Origin: an uncultured delta proteobacterium
Lineage (GTDB): Bacteria > Desulfobacterota > Desulfobacteria > Desulfobacterales > JAHEIW01
Length of the DNA stretch: 64,000 bases
Direction: 5' to 3'
Assembly: GCA_963706575.1 (NCBI GenBank)
Contig: CAVPNL010000006.1
Coordinates: forward strand, 512,001 to 576,000
Made by a program: the position numbers and the translations under genes. This document shows, piece by piece, positions 41,374 through 51,471 of this stretch; the stretch's first letter is position 1; the number at the start of each line of letters is the position of its first letter. The notes under the pieces are model-generated. The model saw nothing but the letters and a program-made list of their open reading frames with translations. It searched no databases and was not told the origin of the DNA.

Positions 41374-42189
41374 CTATAACACGCCTTTGGGCATTTCTCC
41401 GCTTTCCTTTCCGCCGAGCACATAGCCACCGTCCAGCCTGAGGACAGCACCGGTCATAAATGGCGCATCCTTTATTATATAAAGCACGGCCTTAACCGCG
41501 TCTTCAATCTTACCGGTTCGACCTGTCAGGGTATGATCGCGCACGGCCTTTTTTTGTTTGGCAGTCAGCAGACCCCAGCCTCTGGTTTTTTCCGCATGAC
41601 GGGTTTCAAAAAAACCGAGCATGATTTCATTGACGCGCACCTGCGGCGCGCCGATGCGGGCCCAGGTTTCGGTGAGCAGCGAAACCCCTCGATTGGCGGC
41701 TGCGTATCCGTCATTAAAGACCAGGCGGGCCGGGCCGGAGCGCCCCACGATTCCGGCGATGGAAGAAAAGTTGATCACCACTGCATCGCCGCTGGCCTTC
41801 AGATGGGGCAGGGCGGCATCAAACACCCAGCGCTTGGCACGCAGGGTGGTCTCGATTTCGAGATCCCATTGCTGTGGGTTATAAGGACCGTGTACCACCG
41901 GCCAGCCGCCGCGTTCGATGTTGTTGATTAAGATGTCCAGGCGGCCGAAGCGGTCGATAACTTTGCCGATCATGCGGGGTGTGGCTTCGGTTTTGAGCAG
42001 ATTGGTCTTTAAAATAAGGTGTTCCTGGCCGGTATCGGCTAAATCCGTTTTTAATGCTGCCAGTTCTTCAGCCCAGTCAAAATAATTGACGGCCACCTTT
42101 ACCCCCGCATCCGCCAGGGCCAGCGCAATCCCTTTGCCGATGCCTTTGACGGCGCCCAGTACTAAAGCCACTTTTCCATTTAGTTCCAT
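41374..42189 (-). CDS. SDR family oxidoreductase, atypical active site
   Basis: GAVKGIG, FGRLDILINN, SS, YAAAN in place of YxxxK, TGAVLRLDGG. Confidence 0.88.
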   Translation of the reverse strand: MELNGKVALVLGAVKGIGKGIALALADAGVKVAVNYFDWAEELAALKTDLADTGQEHLILKTNLLKTEATPRMIGKVIDRFGRLDILINNIERGGWPVVHGPYNPQQWDLEIETTLRAKRWVFDAALPHLKASGDAVVINFSSIAGIVGRSGPARLVFNDGYAAANRGVSLLTETWARIGAPQVRVNEIMLGFFETRHAEKTRGWGLLTAKQKKAVRDHTLTGRTGKIEDAVKAVLYIIKDAPFMTGAVLRLDGGYVLGGKESGEMPKGVL

Positions 42190-42315
42190 AAAATCACCAA
42201 TGGGTTTTGGGTTTCACAATGTCATTCAGCTGTCAGCTGTTACATTTGTTTAATGGGTCGGCTAAGCTAACCAATTCAACTGATGAAACAAAAAAAACTA
42301 ATCTAACAAGTCAAA

Positions 42316-42374
42316 TAGTAGGGCCGGCCTCCGTGCCGGCCTGGAAACAGCGGCCACAGAGGGCCGCCCTACTA
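42316..42374. repeat. GTAG-type REP doublet (REPIN-like)
   Basis: GTAGGGCCGGCCTCCGTGCCGGCC ... GCGGCCACAGAGGGCCGCCCTAC: two inverted GTAG-led palindromes. Confidence 0.75.
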
Positions 42375-42421
42375 TCCGCTGTTACCTGTTGATTGATCTA
42401 TCGTCCGAAACCTGAACATTG

Positions 42422-43147
42422 TTATGACTTAAACAACACCTGCTTTACCCACTTTATTCCGAGTTCTAACAGCACGGTATCATTGGTCCTGGCAGCTGTC
42501 AGCTTTTCCTGATCCACGTCAAAGTTGTCCGGCAGGTTATGGCTGAAAATCTGATTCCTGAAATCATCGAGATCATATAAGGCCGTGTAAAACCGCTGGC
42601 GTGACTTGAGGTCCAGCGGGCCCGGCCGCAGCTGGTTTTTCAGACGGATGATTTCAAGCAGCTGATCGTTGAACTGATTGTAAATCCCAGCTTCCTGGCT
42701 GTTTATCCATTGCTGCGCGCTCTGCGAGCCGGGCGCGTCGAAACCTAAACAGTGCGGTTCTTTCAGCAGCATGAAATGTTCGCTGATCTTGCCGGTTTCA
42801 CGATTGCGGGATATGGCCCGCACCAGCGGATAGGTGCGGCAGGATGCCGGGCGATCCGGATATACGCGGCATCCCTTTTCGGTAACAAACGGGCATGTTA
42901 ACCGCTCGTCATCCGCGGCTTTAAGTGCCACAACGGGCAGCCCTGTTTCGGGGCCGATGTGCTGGATCGTATAGCGTTCCAAAAATTCGCTGGAAGATAG
43001 CCCCAGTCTTTTTTTTAGGCGCAGGATATCGTAAGGGTACAAAAACTGATTTAAATCCCGGCAGCATTCATTAAAGCAGGCGACACCGGGAGAACATGCA
43101 AACCTGAACTGATCGTCCGGCATTATGGGGATAAGGGGGTCGTTCAA
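42422..43147 (-). CDS. YkgJ family cysteine-cluster protein
   Basis: FACSPGVACFNECC..LYPYDILRL, CPFV...CRVYPDRPASCRTYP, HCLG; paralogous to 40382..41177. Confidence 0.88.
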   Translation of the reverse strand: MNDPLIPIMPDDQFRFACSPGVACFNECCRDLNQFLYPYDILRLKKRLGLSSSEFLERYTIQHIGPETGLPVVALKAADDERLTCPFVTEKGCRVYPDRPASCRTYPLVRAISRNRETGKISEHFMLLKEPHCLGFDAPGSQSAQQWINSQEAGIYNQFNDQLLEIIRLKNQLRPGPLDLKSRQRFYTALYDLDDFRNQIFSHNLPDNFDVDQEKLTAARTNDTVLLELGIKWVKQVLFKS

Positions 43148-43187
43148 TTGTGCTAATCCTCAAATCTGTTAACACCTTCTCCATGCT

Positions 43188-43356
43188 CAGGTGTCGGGTG
43201 TTTGCTATCAGCTGGCAGTTGTCATCTGTTTAATTGGTTTGATTGGTTTAATTCGTTCAATTGGTTCGGTTCAAACCAACCAATTCAACCAATGAAACCA
43301 ATATAACGAATTTAACAATTTCCAGAACCCTGAACCTTAGAACCCCTGAACCCTGT
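43188..43356. repeat. Composite nested repeat arrays
   Basis: caggtgtcgggtgt arm, inverted ATTGGTT/AACCAAT 9-mer array, then a gaaccctgaacc arm. Confidence 0.8.
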
Positions 43357-43530
43357 ATCAGGTTTTAACAGCCTATCAAAGGGATTTTTTATGCGGGGTT
43401 TTTTGACACTGTTATTGCTGTGCGAATACCATATATGGTGGCAAATTTGGCAGCGAACTACTGCCGGTAGAAGTTACGAACATTATCCCATAACCTGTTG
43501 AAATTTTAGTTTTTGCGGCTCCAAAAATCC

Positions 43531-43631
43531 TTGACAAGCCAAATGTTGGATGATATGTTCACCCCTTTGGGCAGTCCATATCTTGCTGATTTTAAAAGAA
43601 ATATTCCTTAATGCGCGTGAGCGAAATCACG
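43531..43631 (+). promoter_or_regulatory. aprBA sigma70 promoter with downstream Rex-like palindrome
   Basis: TTGACA-17 bp-TATGTT with extended TG; CGTGA-GCGAAA-TCACG at 43616-43631. Confidence 0.6.
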
Positions 43632-43799
43632 ACTCCAGTTTGAATGCCAACCGGTGGGTACCGGTTTAACAGATAAATAACCCAGAAAATCTAAATCTAG
43701 CAATTTGAAGGGAGGTGCAAAAAGCTATTTTTGTTAAATCTTTTTGACGGTTAATGGGTAACCACAAAAATTTACCAAATTAATTAGGAGGTATAATAA

Positions 43800-44237
43800 A
43801 TGCCAAGCTTTGTAATATCTGAAAAATGCGATGGATGCAAAGGCGGGGACAAAACTGCCTGTATGTACATTTGTCCCAATGACCTGATGGTTCTCGAACC
43901 CAACGAAATGAAGGCTTACAACCAGGAGCCCGACCAATGCTGGGAATGCTTCTCATGCGTCAAGATCTGCCCCACCCAGGCAATTGAAGTCAGGGGTTAT
44001 GCCGACTTTGTTCCTCTGGGAAGCAGTGTAATGCCGATGCTGGGAACCGAGGATGTCATGTGGACCTGCAAGTTCCGCAACGGGACCATCAAACGCTTTA
44101 AGTTCCCCATCCGGACCACTCCCGAAGGACAGGCCAATGCGTACCTGGATCTGAAAGGCAAAGACCTGGAAAGCGGCTTGCTTTCAACCGAAGAAGCCGA
44201 CGGCGCTACACTTCCGACGCCCCAGGCAACCGTGTAA
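43800..44237 (+). CDS. aprB: Adenylylsulfate reductase beta subunit
   Basis: CDGCKG..TACMYICP, CWECFSCVKICP, RFKFPIRTTPEG. Confidence 0.98.
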   Translation: MPSFVISEKCDGCKGGDKTACMYICPNDLMVLEPNEMKAYNQEPDQCWECFSCVKICPTQAIEVRGYADFVPLGSSVMPMLGTEDVMWTCKFRNGTIKRFKFPIRTTPEGQANAYLDLKGKDLESGLLSTEEADGATLPTPQATV

Positions 44238-44302
44238 ATACGCAGGGTTTGTTTATTTAAAGTGAATGATCAATTAGCAATATAAATCAAGGAGGATTGA
44301 AT

Positions 44303-46285
44303 ATGGCATTACCGAATAAACCACTCGGGGAACTAAAAGCTGTAAAGGACCCGGAAGTCGAAGAACGAGAAGTTGATGTTTTGATCGTCGGCGGCGGCAT
44401 GGCCGCCAGCGGCGCCGCCTTTGAGGCCAAAAAATGGATGTCTGATGACCAGACTGTTCTGATGGTGGATAAGGCCGCCCTGGAAAGAAGCGGCGCGGTT
44501 GCCCAGGGCCTTTCGGCGATCAACACCTATATTGGCGAAAACACCCCTGATGATTATGTGCGCATGGTCCGCAACGACCTGATGGGCATTGTCCGTGAAG
44601 ACCTGATCTTTGATCTGGGCTGTCACGTGGACGATTCCGTGCACCTGTTTGAAGAATGGGGACTGCCGATCTGGAAGAAAACCGAAGACGGCAAAAACCT
44701 GGACGGCAAAAAAGGCCAGACTATGGGTACGCTCAAAGCAGGCGCCCAGCCGGTGCGTACCGGCAAATGGCAGATCATGATCAACGGCGAATCTTACAAA
44801 CGCATTGTGGCCGAAGCCGCCAAGCTGGCCATTGGTGAAGAAAACGTTCTGGAGAGGGTTTTTATCGTCGAGCTGCTGCTGGATGCCAACAAGGAAAACC
44901 AGATTGCCGGTGCGGTTGGTTTTTCCGTGCGTGAAAACAAAGTTTTCATCATCAAGTGCAAGTCCATGCTGGTTGCCTGCGGCGGGGCCGTCAACATTTA
45001 TCAGCCCCGTTCAGTCGGCGAGGGCAAAGGCCGTGCCTGGTATCCGGTCTGGAACTCCGGTTCCACCTATACCCTGTGCATGAAAGTCGGGGCCGAGCTG
45101 TCCATGATGGAAAACCGCTTCACCCCGGCCCGTTTTAAAGACGGTTACGGCCCGGTGGGTGCATGGTTCCTGCTGTTTAAGGCCAAAACCCTTAACGGTC
45201 TGGGCGAAAACTTTGCTGCCAGCGACGCGGCCAAGAAAGAGCTGGAAAGCTATGCGCCTTACGGAACCGCAGCCATCACACCGACCTGTCTGCGAAACCA
45301 CCTGATGCTCTTTGAGATGAAAGAAGGCCGCGGGCCCATCATCATGGATACGGTGTCGGCGCTGGCCGAGCTCGGAAAGACCATGGACAAAAAAGAGCTC
45401 AAGCATCTTGAATCCGAAGCCTGGGAAGACTTCCTGGATATGACCTGCGGTCAGGCCAATCTGTGGTGCGCCACCAACACCGAGCCTGAAAAGAAAAATT
45501 CCGAGGTTATGCCCACCGAACCGTATCTGCTCGGATCTCACTCCGGCTGCTGCGGTCTGTGGACCTCCGGTCCGGATTATGACTGGGTGCCGGATGCTTA
45601 CAAGATCAAGGCCGACAATGGTAAGGTTTACAACCGCATGACCACGGTCAACGGGCTGTTTACCGCCGGTGACGGCGTGGGCTGCTCCGGTCATAAATTC
45701 TCCTCCGGCTCCCATGCCGAGGGGCGGATGGCGGTTAAAGAAATGGTGCGCTATGCCAAGGATCATGCCGACTATTCACCGGCCATCAGCCAGTCGGCTG
45801 ACGACCTGGTCGACATTGTCTATAAACCGGTGCGCACCTATCTGGAACACTGCGCCTACACCACGGCCGACGACATCAACCCCGAATACATCAAGCCCAA
45901 CGGCATGATGTATCGCATGATGAAGGCTGGCCATGAATACGGTGCCGGAACCGCGACCTTCTACCAGACGACCTCCAAGAACCTTGAGATCGCCATGGAT
46001 CTGCTGGCGACCATGCGCGAAGATAACGAAAAACTGGCTGCCGGTGATCTGCACGAACTGATGAGAGCCTGGGAGATTCAGCACCGCATCTGGACGCTGG
46101 AATCGCATCTGCGCCACATTCAGTACCGTAAAGAGACCCGTTATCCCGGTTTTTACTATCAAGCCGATTATCCGGGCCAGGATGACGAGAACTGGTTCTG
46201 CTTTGTCAACTCCAAGTATGACCCCAAAGAGCAGAAATGGGATATCTTTAAGAAAGATTATATCAAGATCATTCCGGACGCCTAA
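44303..46285 (+). CDS. aprA: Adenylylsulfate reductase alpha subunit
   Basis: RSGAVAQGLSAINTY, WQIMINGESYK, RFKDGYGPVGAWF, GHKFSSGSHAEG. Confidence 0.98.
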   Translation: MALPNKPLGELKAVKDPEVEEREVDVLIVGGGMAASGAAFEAKKWMSDDQTVLMVDKAALERSGAVAQGLSAINTYIGENTPDDYVRMVRNDLMGIVREDLIFDLGCHVDDSVHLFEEWGLPIWKKTEDGKNLDGKKGQTMGTLKAGAQPVRTGKWQIMINGESYKRIVAEAAKLAIGEENVLERVFIVELLLDANKENQIAGAVGFSVRENKVFIIKCKSMLVACGGAVNIYQPRSVGEGKGRAWYPVWNSGSTYTLCMKVGAELSMMENRFTPARFKDGYGPVGAWFLLFKAKTLNGLGENFAASDAAKKELESYAPYGTAAITPTCLRNHLMLFEMKEGRGPIIMDTVSALAELGKTMDKKELKHLESEAWEDFLDMTCGQANLWCATNTEPEKKNSEVMPTEPYLLGSHSGCCGLWTSGPDYDWVPDAYKIKADNGKVYNRMTTVNGLFTAGDGVGCSGHKFSSGSHAEGRMAVKEMVRYAKDHADYSPAISQSADDLVDIVYKPVRTYLEHCAYTTADDINPEYIKPNGMMYRMMKAGHEYGAGTATFYQTTSKNLEIAMDLLATMREDNEKLAAGDLHELMRAWEIQHRIWTLESHLRHIQYRKETRYPGFYYQADYPGQDDENWFCFVNSKYDPKEQKWDIFKKDYIKIIPDA

Positions 46286-46332
46286 TGGATCAGCTAGGAA
46301 GCAGACGAGTCAATTTTGACTAACCAACAGAT

Positions 46333-46369
46333 ACCTCCAGGTGTCATCCGACACCTGGAGGTTTTTATT
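46333..46369 (+). terminator. Intrinsic terminator between aprA and qmoA
   Basis: Perfect 13-bp stem ACCTCCAGGTGTC-ATCC-GACACCTGGAGGT followed by TTTTATT. Confidence 0.8.
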
Positions 46370-46384
46370 AGTACGGAGGGAAGT

Positions 46385-47662
46385 ATGACTGAAGAAAAAG
46401 CAGCTCCGGCAAGCGGAAGCATATTAGTCGTTGGCGGCGGGATCAGCGGTCTGACCACGGCGATCGAAGCTGCCGAAGTGGGGTACGAGGTTTTCCTGAT
46501 CGAAAAAAATCCGTATCTGGGGGGTAGGGTCGCACAGCTGAATCAATATTTCCCCAAGTTGTGCCCTCCCACCTGCGGCCTGGAAATTAACTTCAGGCGG
46601 ATAAAGGACAACCCCAGAATCAAAATTCTGACTCTGGCCGAGGTGGAATCGGTTAGCGGCGACCCGGGCAACTATGAGGTGGCGATTAAAGTCAACCCCA
46701 GATATGTCAACCAAAACTGCACCTGCTGCGATGCCTGTGCCGAAGCCTGTCAGACTGAAATCGACAGCGAATATGATTTCGGGATGCAAAAGATCAAAGG
46801 GGCATATTTACCATTTGAGATGGCCTTTCCGGCCCGTTATGTGATTGCGCCCGAGATTATCGGCACCGCGGATGCCACCCGGGCCAAAGAAGCCTGTAAG
46901 TACGATGCGGTTGATCTCGAAATGGAAGCCAAAACCCTGAAGCTGAATGTGGGCGCCATCGTGTGGTCCACCGGCTGGCAGCCCTATGATGCCGCCAAGA
47001 TCGATAATCTCGGTTTCGGTGAGTATCCCAACATCATCACCAATATGATGATGGAGCGATTGGCCGCTCCCAACGGCCCGACGCGGGGTAAAATCCTGCG
47101 CCCCTCCGACAGCAAAGCGCCGCAGAGTGTGGCCTTTGTCCAGTGTGCGGGCTCCCGTGATGAGAAGCACCTGCCGTATTGTTCTTATATTTGCTGCATG
47201 GCGTCTTTAAAGCAGGCCACCTATGTCCGCGAGCGCTATCCTGATGCCAAAATCTATGTCTTCTATATCGATCTGCGGACGCCCGGTTACCGCTATGAAC
47301 GGTTCTATGAAACCATCAAAGAGGATGAAAACATCTTTTTGATTAAAGGCAAAGTGGCCGAGGTCAGCGCCGATTCGGGCACCCAAAATGTTACCGTTGT
47401 TGCCGAAAATGCCGTAACCGGTGAAAAAATCCACCAGGAGGTGGAAATGGTGGTTCTGGCAACCGGCATGCAGCCCACAGCGGCAAACGCCAAACTTCCG
47501 GCCGATTTGCAGTACACTGATGACGGGTTTATCGTTAATGACTTTGAAAAAGGCGGGATGTTTGCAGCCGGATGCGCCAACAAGCCGGCCGACGTGGTTT
47601 CATCCAATCAAAATGCTACCGGAATGGCCCTTAAGGCGATTCAAACCCTGGTGAGCAGATAG
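46385..47662 (+). CDS. qmoA: QmoA (HdrA-like flavoprotein)
   Basis: GGGISG, YFPKLCPPTCG, VQCAGSRD..YCSYICC; follows aprA. Confidence 0.95.
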   Translation: MTEEKAAPASGSILVVGGGISGLTTAIEAAEVGYEVFLIEKNPYLGGRVAQLNQYFPKLCPPTCGLEINFRRIKDNPRIKILTLAEVESVSGDPGNYEVAIKVNPRYVNQNCTCCDACAEACQTEIDSEYDFGMQKIKGAYLPFEMAFPARYVIAPEIIGTADATRAKEACKYDAVDLEMEAKTLKLNVGAIVWSTGWQPYDAAKIDNLGFGEYPNIITNMMMERLAAPNGPTRGKILRPSDSKAPQSVAFVQCAGSRDEKHLPYCSYICCMASLKQATYVRERYPDAKIYVFYIDLRTPGYRYERFYETIKEDENIFLIKGKVAEVSADSGTQNVTVVAENAVTGEKIHQEVEMVVLATGMQPTAANAKLPADLQYTDDGFIVNDFEKGGMFAAGCANKPADVVSSNQNATGMALKAIQTLVSR

Positions 47663-47676
47663 GAGGAGAGTCAGAC

Positions 47677-50013
47677 ATGGATAAAAAATACGGTATTTAT
47701 ATCTGCGAAGGTTGTGGGATCGGGGACGCCGTCGATATCGAAAAGCTTGGCGATGTTGCCAAGGAGGAAGGGTTTCCGGTCAAAACCTGCCCGATTTTGT
47801 GCGGCCAGGCCGGGGTCGAACTCCTTAAAAAGGATATCGCCGATGAGGGCGTCAACACCCTGGTGATTGCCGCCTGTTCACGCCGGGTTCTTTATGATGT
47901 CTTCCGTTTTGACGGCTGCATCGTGGATCGGGTGAACTTAAGAGAAGGGGTGGTCTGGACGCACCCCCGGTCTAAGTATCCGGCGCCCACTGAAGAACAA
48001 AAAGACGATGAAACCTTCATCGACCATGTTCAGATGATGGCCGCAGATTATTTAAAGATGGGCATGGCGCGGGTCAAAAAAATCGATCTGCCTGAGCCCT
48101 ATCTGCTGGAAACGCTCAACAAAAAGATCCTGGTAATCGGCGGTGGCATGAGCGGGATTTCGGCGGCCATCGATGCGGCCAAAACCGGCTACGAGGTCAC
48201 CATCGTCGAAAAAGAAGCGTCGCTGGGCGGCAATGCCGCCAATTGGCGCAAGCAACTACCGGGCGCTTACCCCTATGATGGCCTGATTCCACCCGCGATC
48301 GAAGCAAAAATAAATGAACTTGAAAACTATTCAAACATCACGGTCAAAACCGAGAACGTGGTTGCGCGCATCGCCGGGGAGCCGGGCGATTTTACCGTGA
48401 CCCTTAAAAAGCCCGGCGATAAAACAGAATTCGATGTTCCGTTTCCCTTGCCGGATGAGATGAAGGTTGATGAGAAAGGCAATGAGCTGGATGCCGAAAA
48501 ACTGCATCAAGCCTTTATGGAATACAACAAGGGCAAGCAGGACATTTTGAAACTGGATCCCAATGGTGAAAAATTCGGCGCCGTGATTCTGGCAGCCGGA
48601 TGGCGGCCCTATAAGCCTAAAGAAGGCGAATTTGCCCATCTGGGTTACGGTGAGATTGCCGATGTGGTTACCAACCATCAGTTTGAAGAGATTGCCGCTG
48701 CCGGTAAAATTATACGGCCCTCAGACGGCAAGGAGGCCAAATCCGTTGTTTTCATCCAGAGCCCCGGCCAGGGGGACGACAAGGACTTTGCCTATAGCGG
48801 TGCGGTCACCAGCCTGGTGGCGCTCAAACAGGCCAAATACCTGCGCGAAGATTATGACGACGGCAAATCCTTTGTCTTCTACCAGCATATGCGTACCGTG
48901 GGCCTGACGGAAAACTTCTACAAGAACATCCAGCAGGATCCCGGCATCTTTTTAACCAAAGGGGAGGTCACCGGCGTTTCTAAAAACGGCGAAGGCTTGA
49001 TTGTCGAAGCCGACAATACCCTGCTGGGTGAAAAGGTTCAGCTCAAGGCCGATATGGTGGTGCTGGGAACCGGTATGGTTCCTGTAACTGCAGATGACCC
49101 GGTGATCAACCTGGCCTACCGGCAGGGACCGGGATTTCGTGATAACGCGCTTTTTGATGACTATGCCGATTCGAATTTTATCTGTTTTCCCTATGAAACC
49201 CAGCGAACCGGCATTTATGCCGCCGGTGCCATCCGCCGCAGCATGACCGTGGAAGAGGCGGTGGAGGATGCCAGCGGAGCGGCCTTGAAAGCGATTCAAT
49301 GCCTGGAGTCGGTCAACCGCGGTGTTTCGGTACATCCCCGGTCAGGCGACATGACCTTTCCCGACTTTTTCTTCCAGCGCTGCACCCAGTGCAAACGCTG
49401 CACGGAAGAATGCCCCTTTGGCGCCATCGATGATGATGAAAAGGGCACCCCCAAGCCGAATCCGGCACGCTGCCGCCGTTGCGGCACCTGTATGGGCTGT
49501 TGCCCGGAGCGCATCATCAACTTTGTCGATTACAGCATTGACAGTATCGGTTCGATGGTCAAAGCCATCGGCGTGCCTTCCGAAGACGATTATGATGAGC
49601 CGCCGCTGCGAATCCTCGGGCTGGTCTGTGAAAATGATGCCTATCCGGCCCTGGATATCGCGGCCCTCAACCGGCTGGCTTATTCGGCCGAAGTGCGCCT
49701 CATACCGGTCAGGTGCCTGGGTTCGGTCAATGTCATCTGGATCAAAGACGCTCTGGCCCAGGGTATGGACGGTGTGTTTTTGCTAGGCTGCAAACTCGGC
49801 GACGACTACCAGTGCCATTTCGTCAAAGGCAGTGAGCTGGCCGAAATCCGCATGAAAAAGATCGGCGAGGCCCTGTCGAGCCTGGCGCTCGAAGAAGAAC
49901 GCGTGGCGCAATTCCAGGTGGCCATCGACGAGTATGATAAACTTCCGCAAATCATCGATGATTTTGTGGCCAGCGTCGAGGAAATGGGTCCGAACCCCTT
50001 TAAGGGATTTTAA
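47677..50013 (+). CDS. qmoB: QmoB (HdrA-like plus ferredoxin plus MvhD-like domain)
   Basis: GGGMSG, SNFICFPYET, CTQCKRCTEECP, CRRCGTCMGCCP, CENDAYPA, GPNPFKGF. Confidence 0.96.
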   Translation: MDKKYGIYICEGCGIGDAVDIEKLGDVAKEEGFPVKTCPILCGQAGVELLKKDIADEGVNTLVIAACSRRVLYDVFRFDGCIVDRVNLREGVVWTHPRSKYPAPTEEQKDDETFIDHVQMMAADYLKMGMARVKKIDLPEPYLLETLNKKILVIGGGMSGISAAIDAAKTGYEVTIVEKEASLGGNAANWRKQLPGAYPYDGLIPPAIEAKINELENYSNITVKTENVVARIAGEPGDFTVTLKKPGDKTEFDVPFPLPDEMKVDEKGNELDAEKLHQAFMEYNKGKQDILKLDPNGEKFGAVILAAGWRPYKPKEGEFAHLGYGEIADVVTNHQFEEIAAAGKIIRPSDGKEAKSVVFIQSPGQGDDKDFAYSGAVTSLVALKQAKYLREDYDDGKSFVFYQHMRTVGLTENFYKNIQQDPGIFLTKGEVTGVSKNGEGLIVEADNTLLGEKVQLKADMVVLGTGMVPVTADDPVINLAYRQGPGFRDNALFDDYADSNFICFPYETQRTGIYAAGAIRRSMTVEEAVEDASGAALKAIQCLESVNRGVSVHPRSGDMTFPDFFFQRCTQCKRCTEECPFGAIDDDEKGTPKPNPARCRRCGTCMGCCPERIINFVDYSIDSIGSMVKAIGVPSEDDYDEPPLRILGLVCENDAYPALDIAALNRLAYSAEVRLIPVRCLGSVNVIWIKDALAQGMDGVFLLGCKLGDDYQCHFVKGSELAEIRMKKIGEALSSLALEEERVAQFQVAIDEYDKLPQIIDDFVASVEEMGPNPFKGF

Positions 50014-50023
50014 TAATTGAATA

Positions 50024-50194
50024 TTGATGAATTCGTAAAAAGTCGAATTCATCAAGTGTTTGGCGTTTCATGTTTGGTGTTTGGTATGAAATATATGATG
50101 CTATATCGGCATGTTAGAATAATAAACACTAAATACCAAATACAAAACACACTCGCAAAAAGGCTGCTTTTCTGACTTTTTACGAAACTATCAA
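50024..50194. mobile_element. MITE-like element with 21-bp imperfect terminal inverted repeats
   Basis: Left TTGATGAATTCGTAAAAAGTC; right end reverse complement TTGATAGTTTCGTAAAAAGTC; no ORF; internal GTTTGGT/ACCAAAT 7-mer inverted array. Confidence 0.75.
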
Positions 50195-50227
50195 TTTTCA
50201 TTCTTCAATTCCGTAGGAGGTATGAAT

Positions 50228-51385
50228 ATGGCAGATACATATGTTATTGAGCCTGATTTGGCTTTTATTAAAGAAGTCGGTGCCCTGGGGGGCGAGGACC
50301 TGAAAAAGTGTTATCAGTGTGCAACCTGCTCGGTGGCCTGTCCGATTTCACCGGACACCAAACCGTTCCCCCGCAAGGAAATGATCGCGGCTTCCTGGGG
50401 GCTGAAAGACAAACTGGTGGGCAATGCCGACATCTGGCTGTGCCATAATTGCGGAGATTGTTCCACCCGTTGTCCGCGGGAGGCCAAGCCGGCGGATGTC
50501 CTGGCAGCCGTGCGGTCTTATACGATCGAGGACTACGCTCAGCCGAAAGTGCTGGCCAGGGCCATGAAAGACCCCAAGAAACTGCCGATCCTGCTGGCCA
50601 TTCCCGCAATTCTTTTTCTGGTGGTGGGATCCATCACCGGTCTATTGGATTTCACACCGGATCTCAGCGAAGGCATCAAGCATTGGAAATTCTTTTCAAC
50701 CTGGCTGGTGGACATGATGATGCTGCCGGCGGCCATTTTTGCAGCGGCTGTCTTTGCCTTGGGCCTCAAACGGTTTCTGGGCGATATCCATCAAAATGCA
50801 CTGATGGAGGGCAAAACCACTAAAGACAAGATCGAAATTCCCGGATTTATCCAGGCCCTGATCAAGGTCATTCCGACCATCCTGTTGCACCGCAAGTTTT
50901 CAGAGTGTACTGAAAATAAAGATCGCGAAATTGCCCACTTATTGACCTTGTATGGCTTCATCGGGCTGTTTATCGTGACCAGTATTTTCTTTGTTGTGAT
51001 GTATGGCTCATATTTGCTTCCCAGTGGCGCCTTGCATGGCCCCTGGTCCCAGTTGAATCCGGTCAAATGGCTGGCGAACATCAGCGGTGTGGCCCTGATT
51101 GTCGGAACCGCCCTGATGATTAAAAATCGCATGTCCAAAAAAGATCAGGCTTCCCGATACTTTGATTGGTACCTCATCTACCTTGCTTTCGGGCTGGGTG
51201 TGACCGGCATGGGCGCTCAACTGACCCGGCTGGCAGGCTGGGCGTTTATTTCATTTGCCATCTACTATGTTCACCTGATTCTCGTGTGGGCATTGTTTGC
51301 CTATCTGCCATTCTCAAAGCTGGCTCATATTGTCTACCGGACGGTGGCGATGGCATACAACGAGTATGCAGGCAGAAACTTCTAA
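50228..51385 (+). CDS. qmoC: QmoC (membrane subunit with HdrC-like Fe-S domain)
   Basis: CYQCATCSVACP, WLCHNCGDCSTRCP, six TM segments, YLPFSKLAH. Confidence 0.96.
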   Translation: MADTYVIEPDLAFIKEVGALGGEDLKKCYQCATCSVACPISPDTKPFPRKEMIAASWGLKDKLVGNADIWLCHNCGDCSTRCPREAKPADVLAAVRSYTIEDYAQPKVLARAMKDPKKLPILLAIPAILFLVVGSITGLLDFTPDLSEGIKHWKFFSTWLVDMMMLPAAIFAAAVFALGLKRFLGDIHQNALMEGKTTKDKIEIPGFIQALIKVIPTILLHRKFSECTENKDREIAHLLTLYGFIGLFIVTSIFFVVMYGSYLLPSGALHGPWSQLNPVKWLANISGVALIVGTALMIKNRMSKKDQASRYFDWYLIYLAFGLGVTGMGAQLTRLAGWAFISFAIYYVHLILVWALFAYLPFSKLAHIVYRTVAMAYNEYAGRNF

Positions 51386-51407
51386 ATAAGAGACTGGAAC
51401 AACAAAT

Positions 51408-51445
51408 AAAAAAGGGAGCGCGCCTTGCGGCGGCTCCCTTTTGGT
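51408..51445. terminator. Bidirectional terminator between qmoC and sat
   Basis: AAAAAGGGAGC-G-CGCC-TTGC-GGCG-GCTCCCTTTT with A and T tracts on either side. Confidence 0.8.
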
Positions 51446-51471
51446 TTCTGCGCGTCTTTTAGAGGATCAAA

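Noticed and set aside
44333..49786. Numerous alternative-frame and antisense ORFs across aprA-qmoB
   Set aside because: Fully overlap well-supported genes and reflect GC-rich third codon positions.
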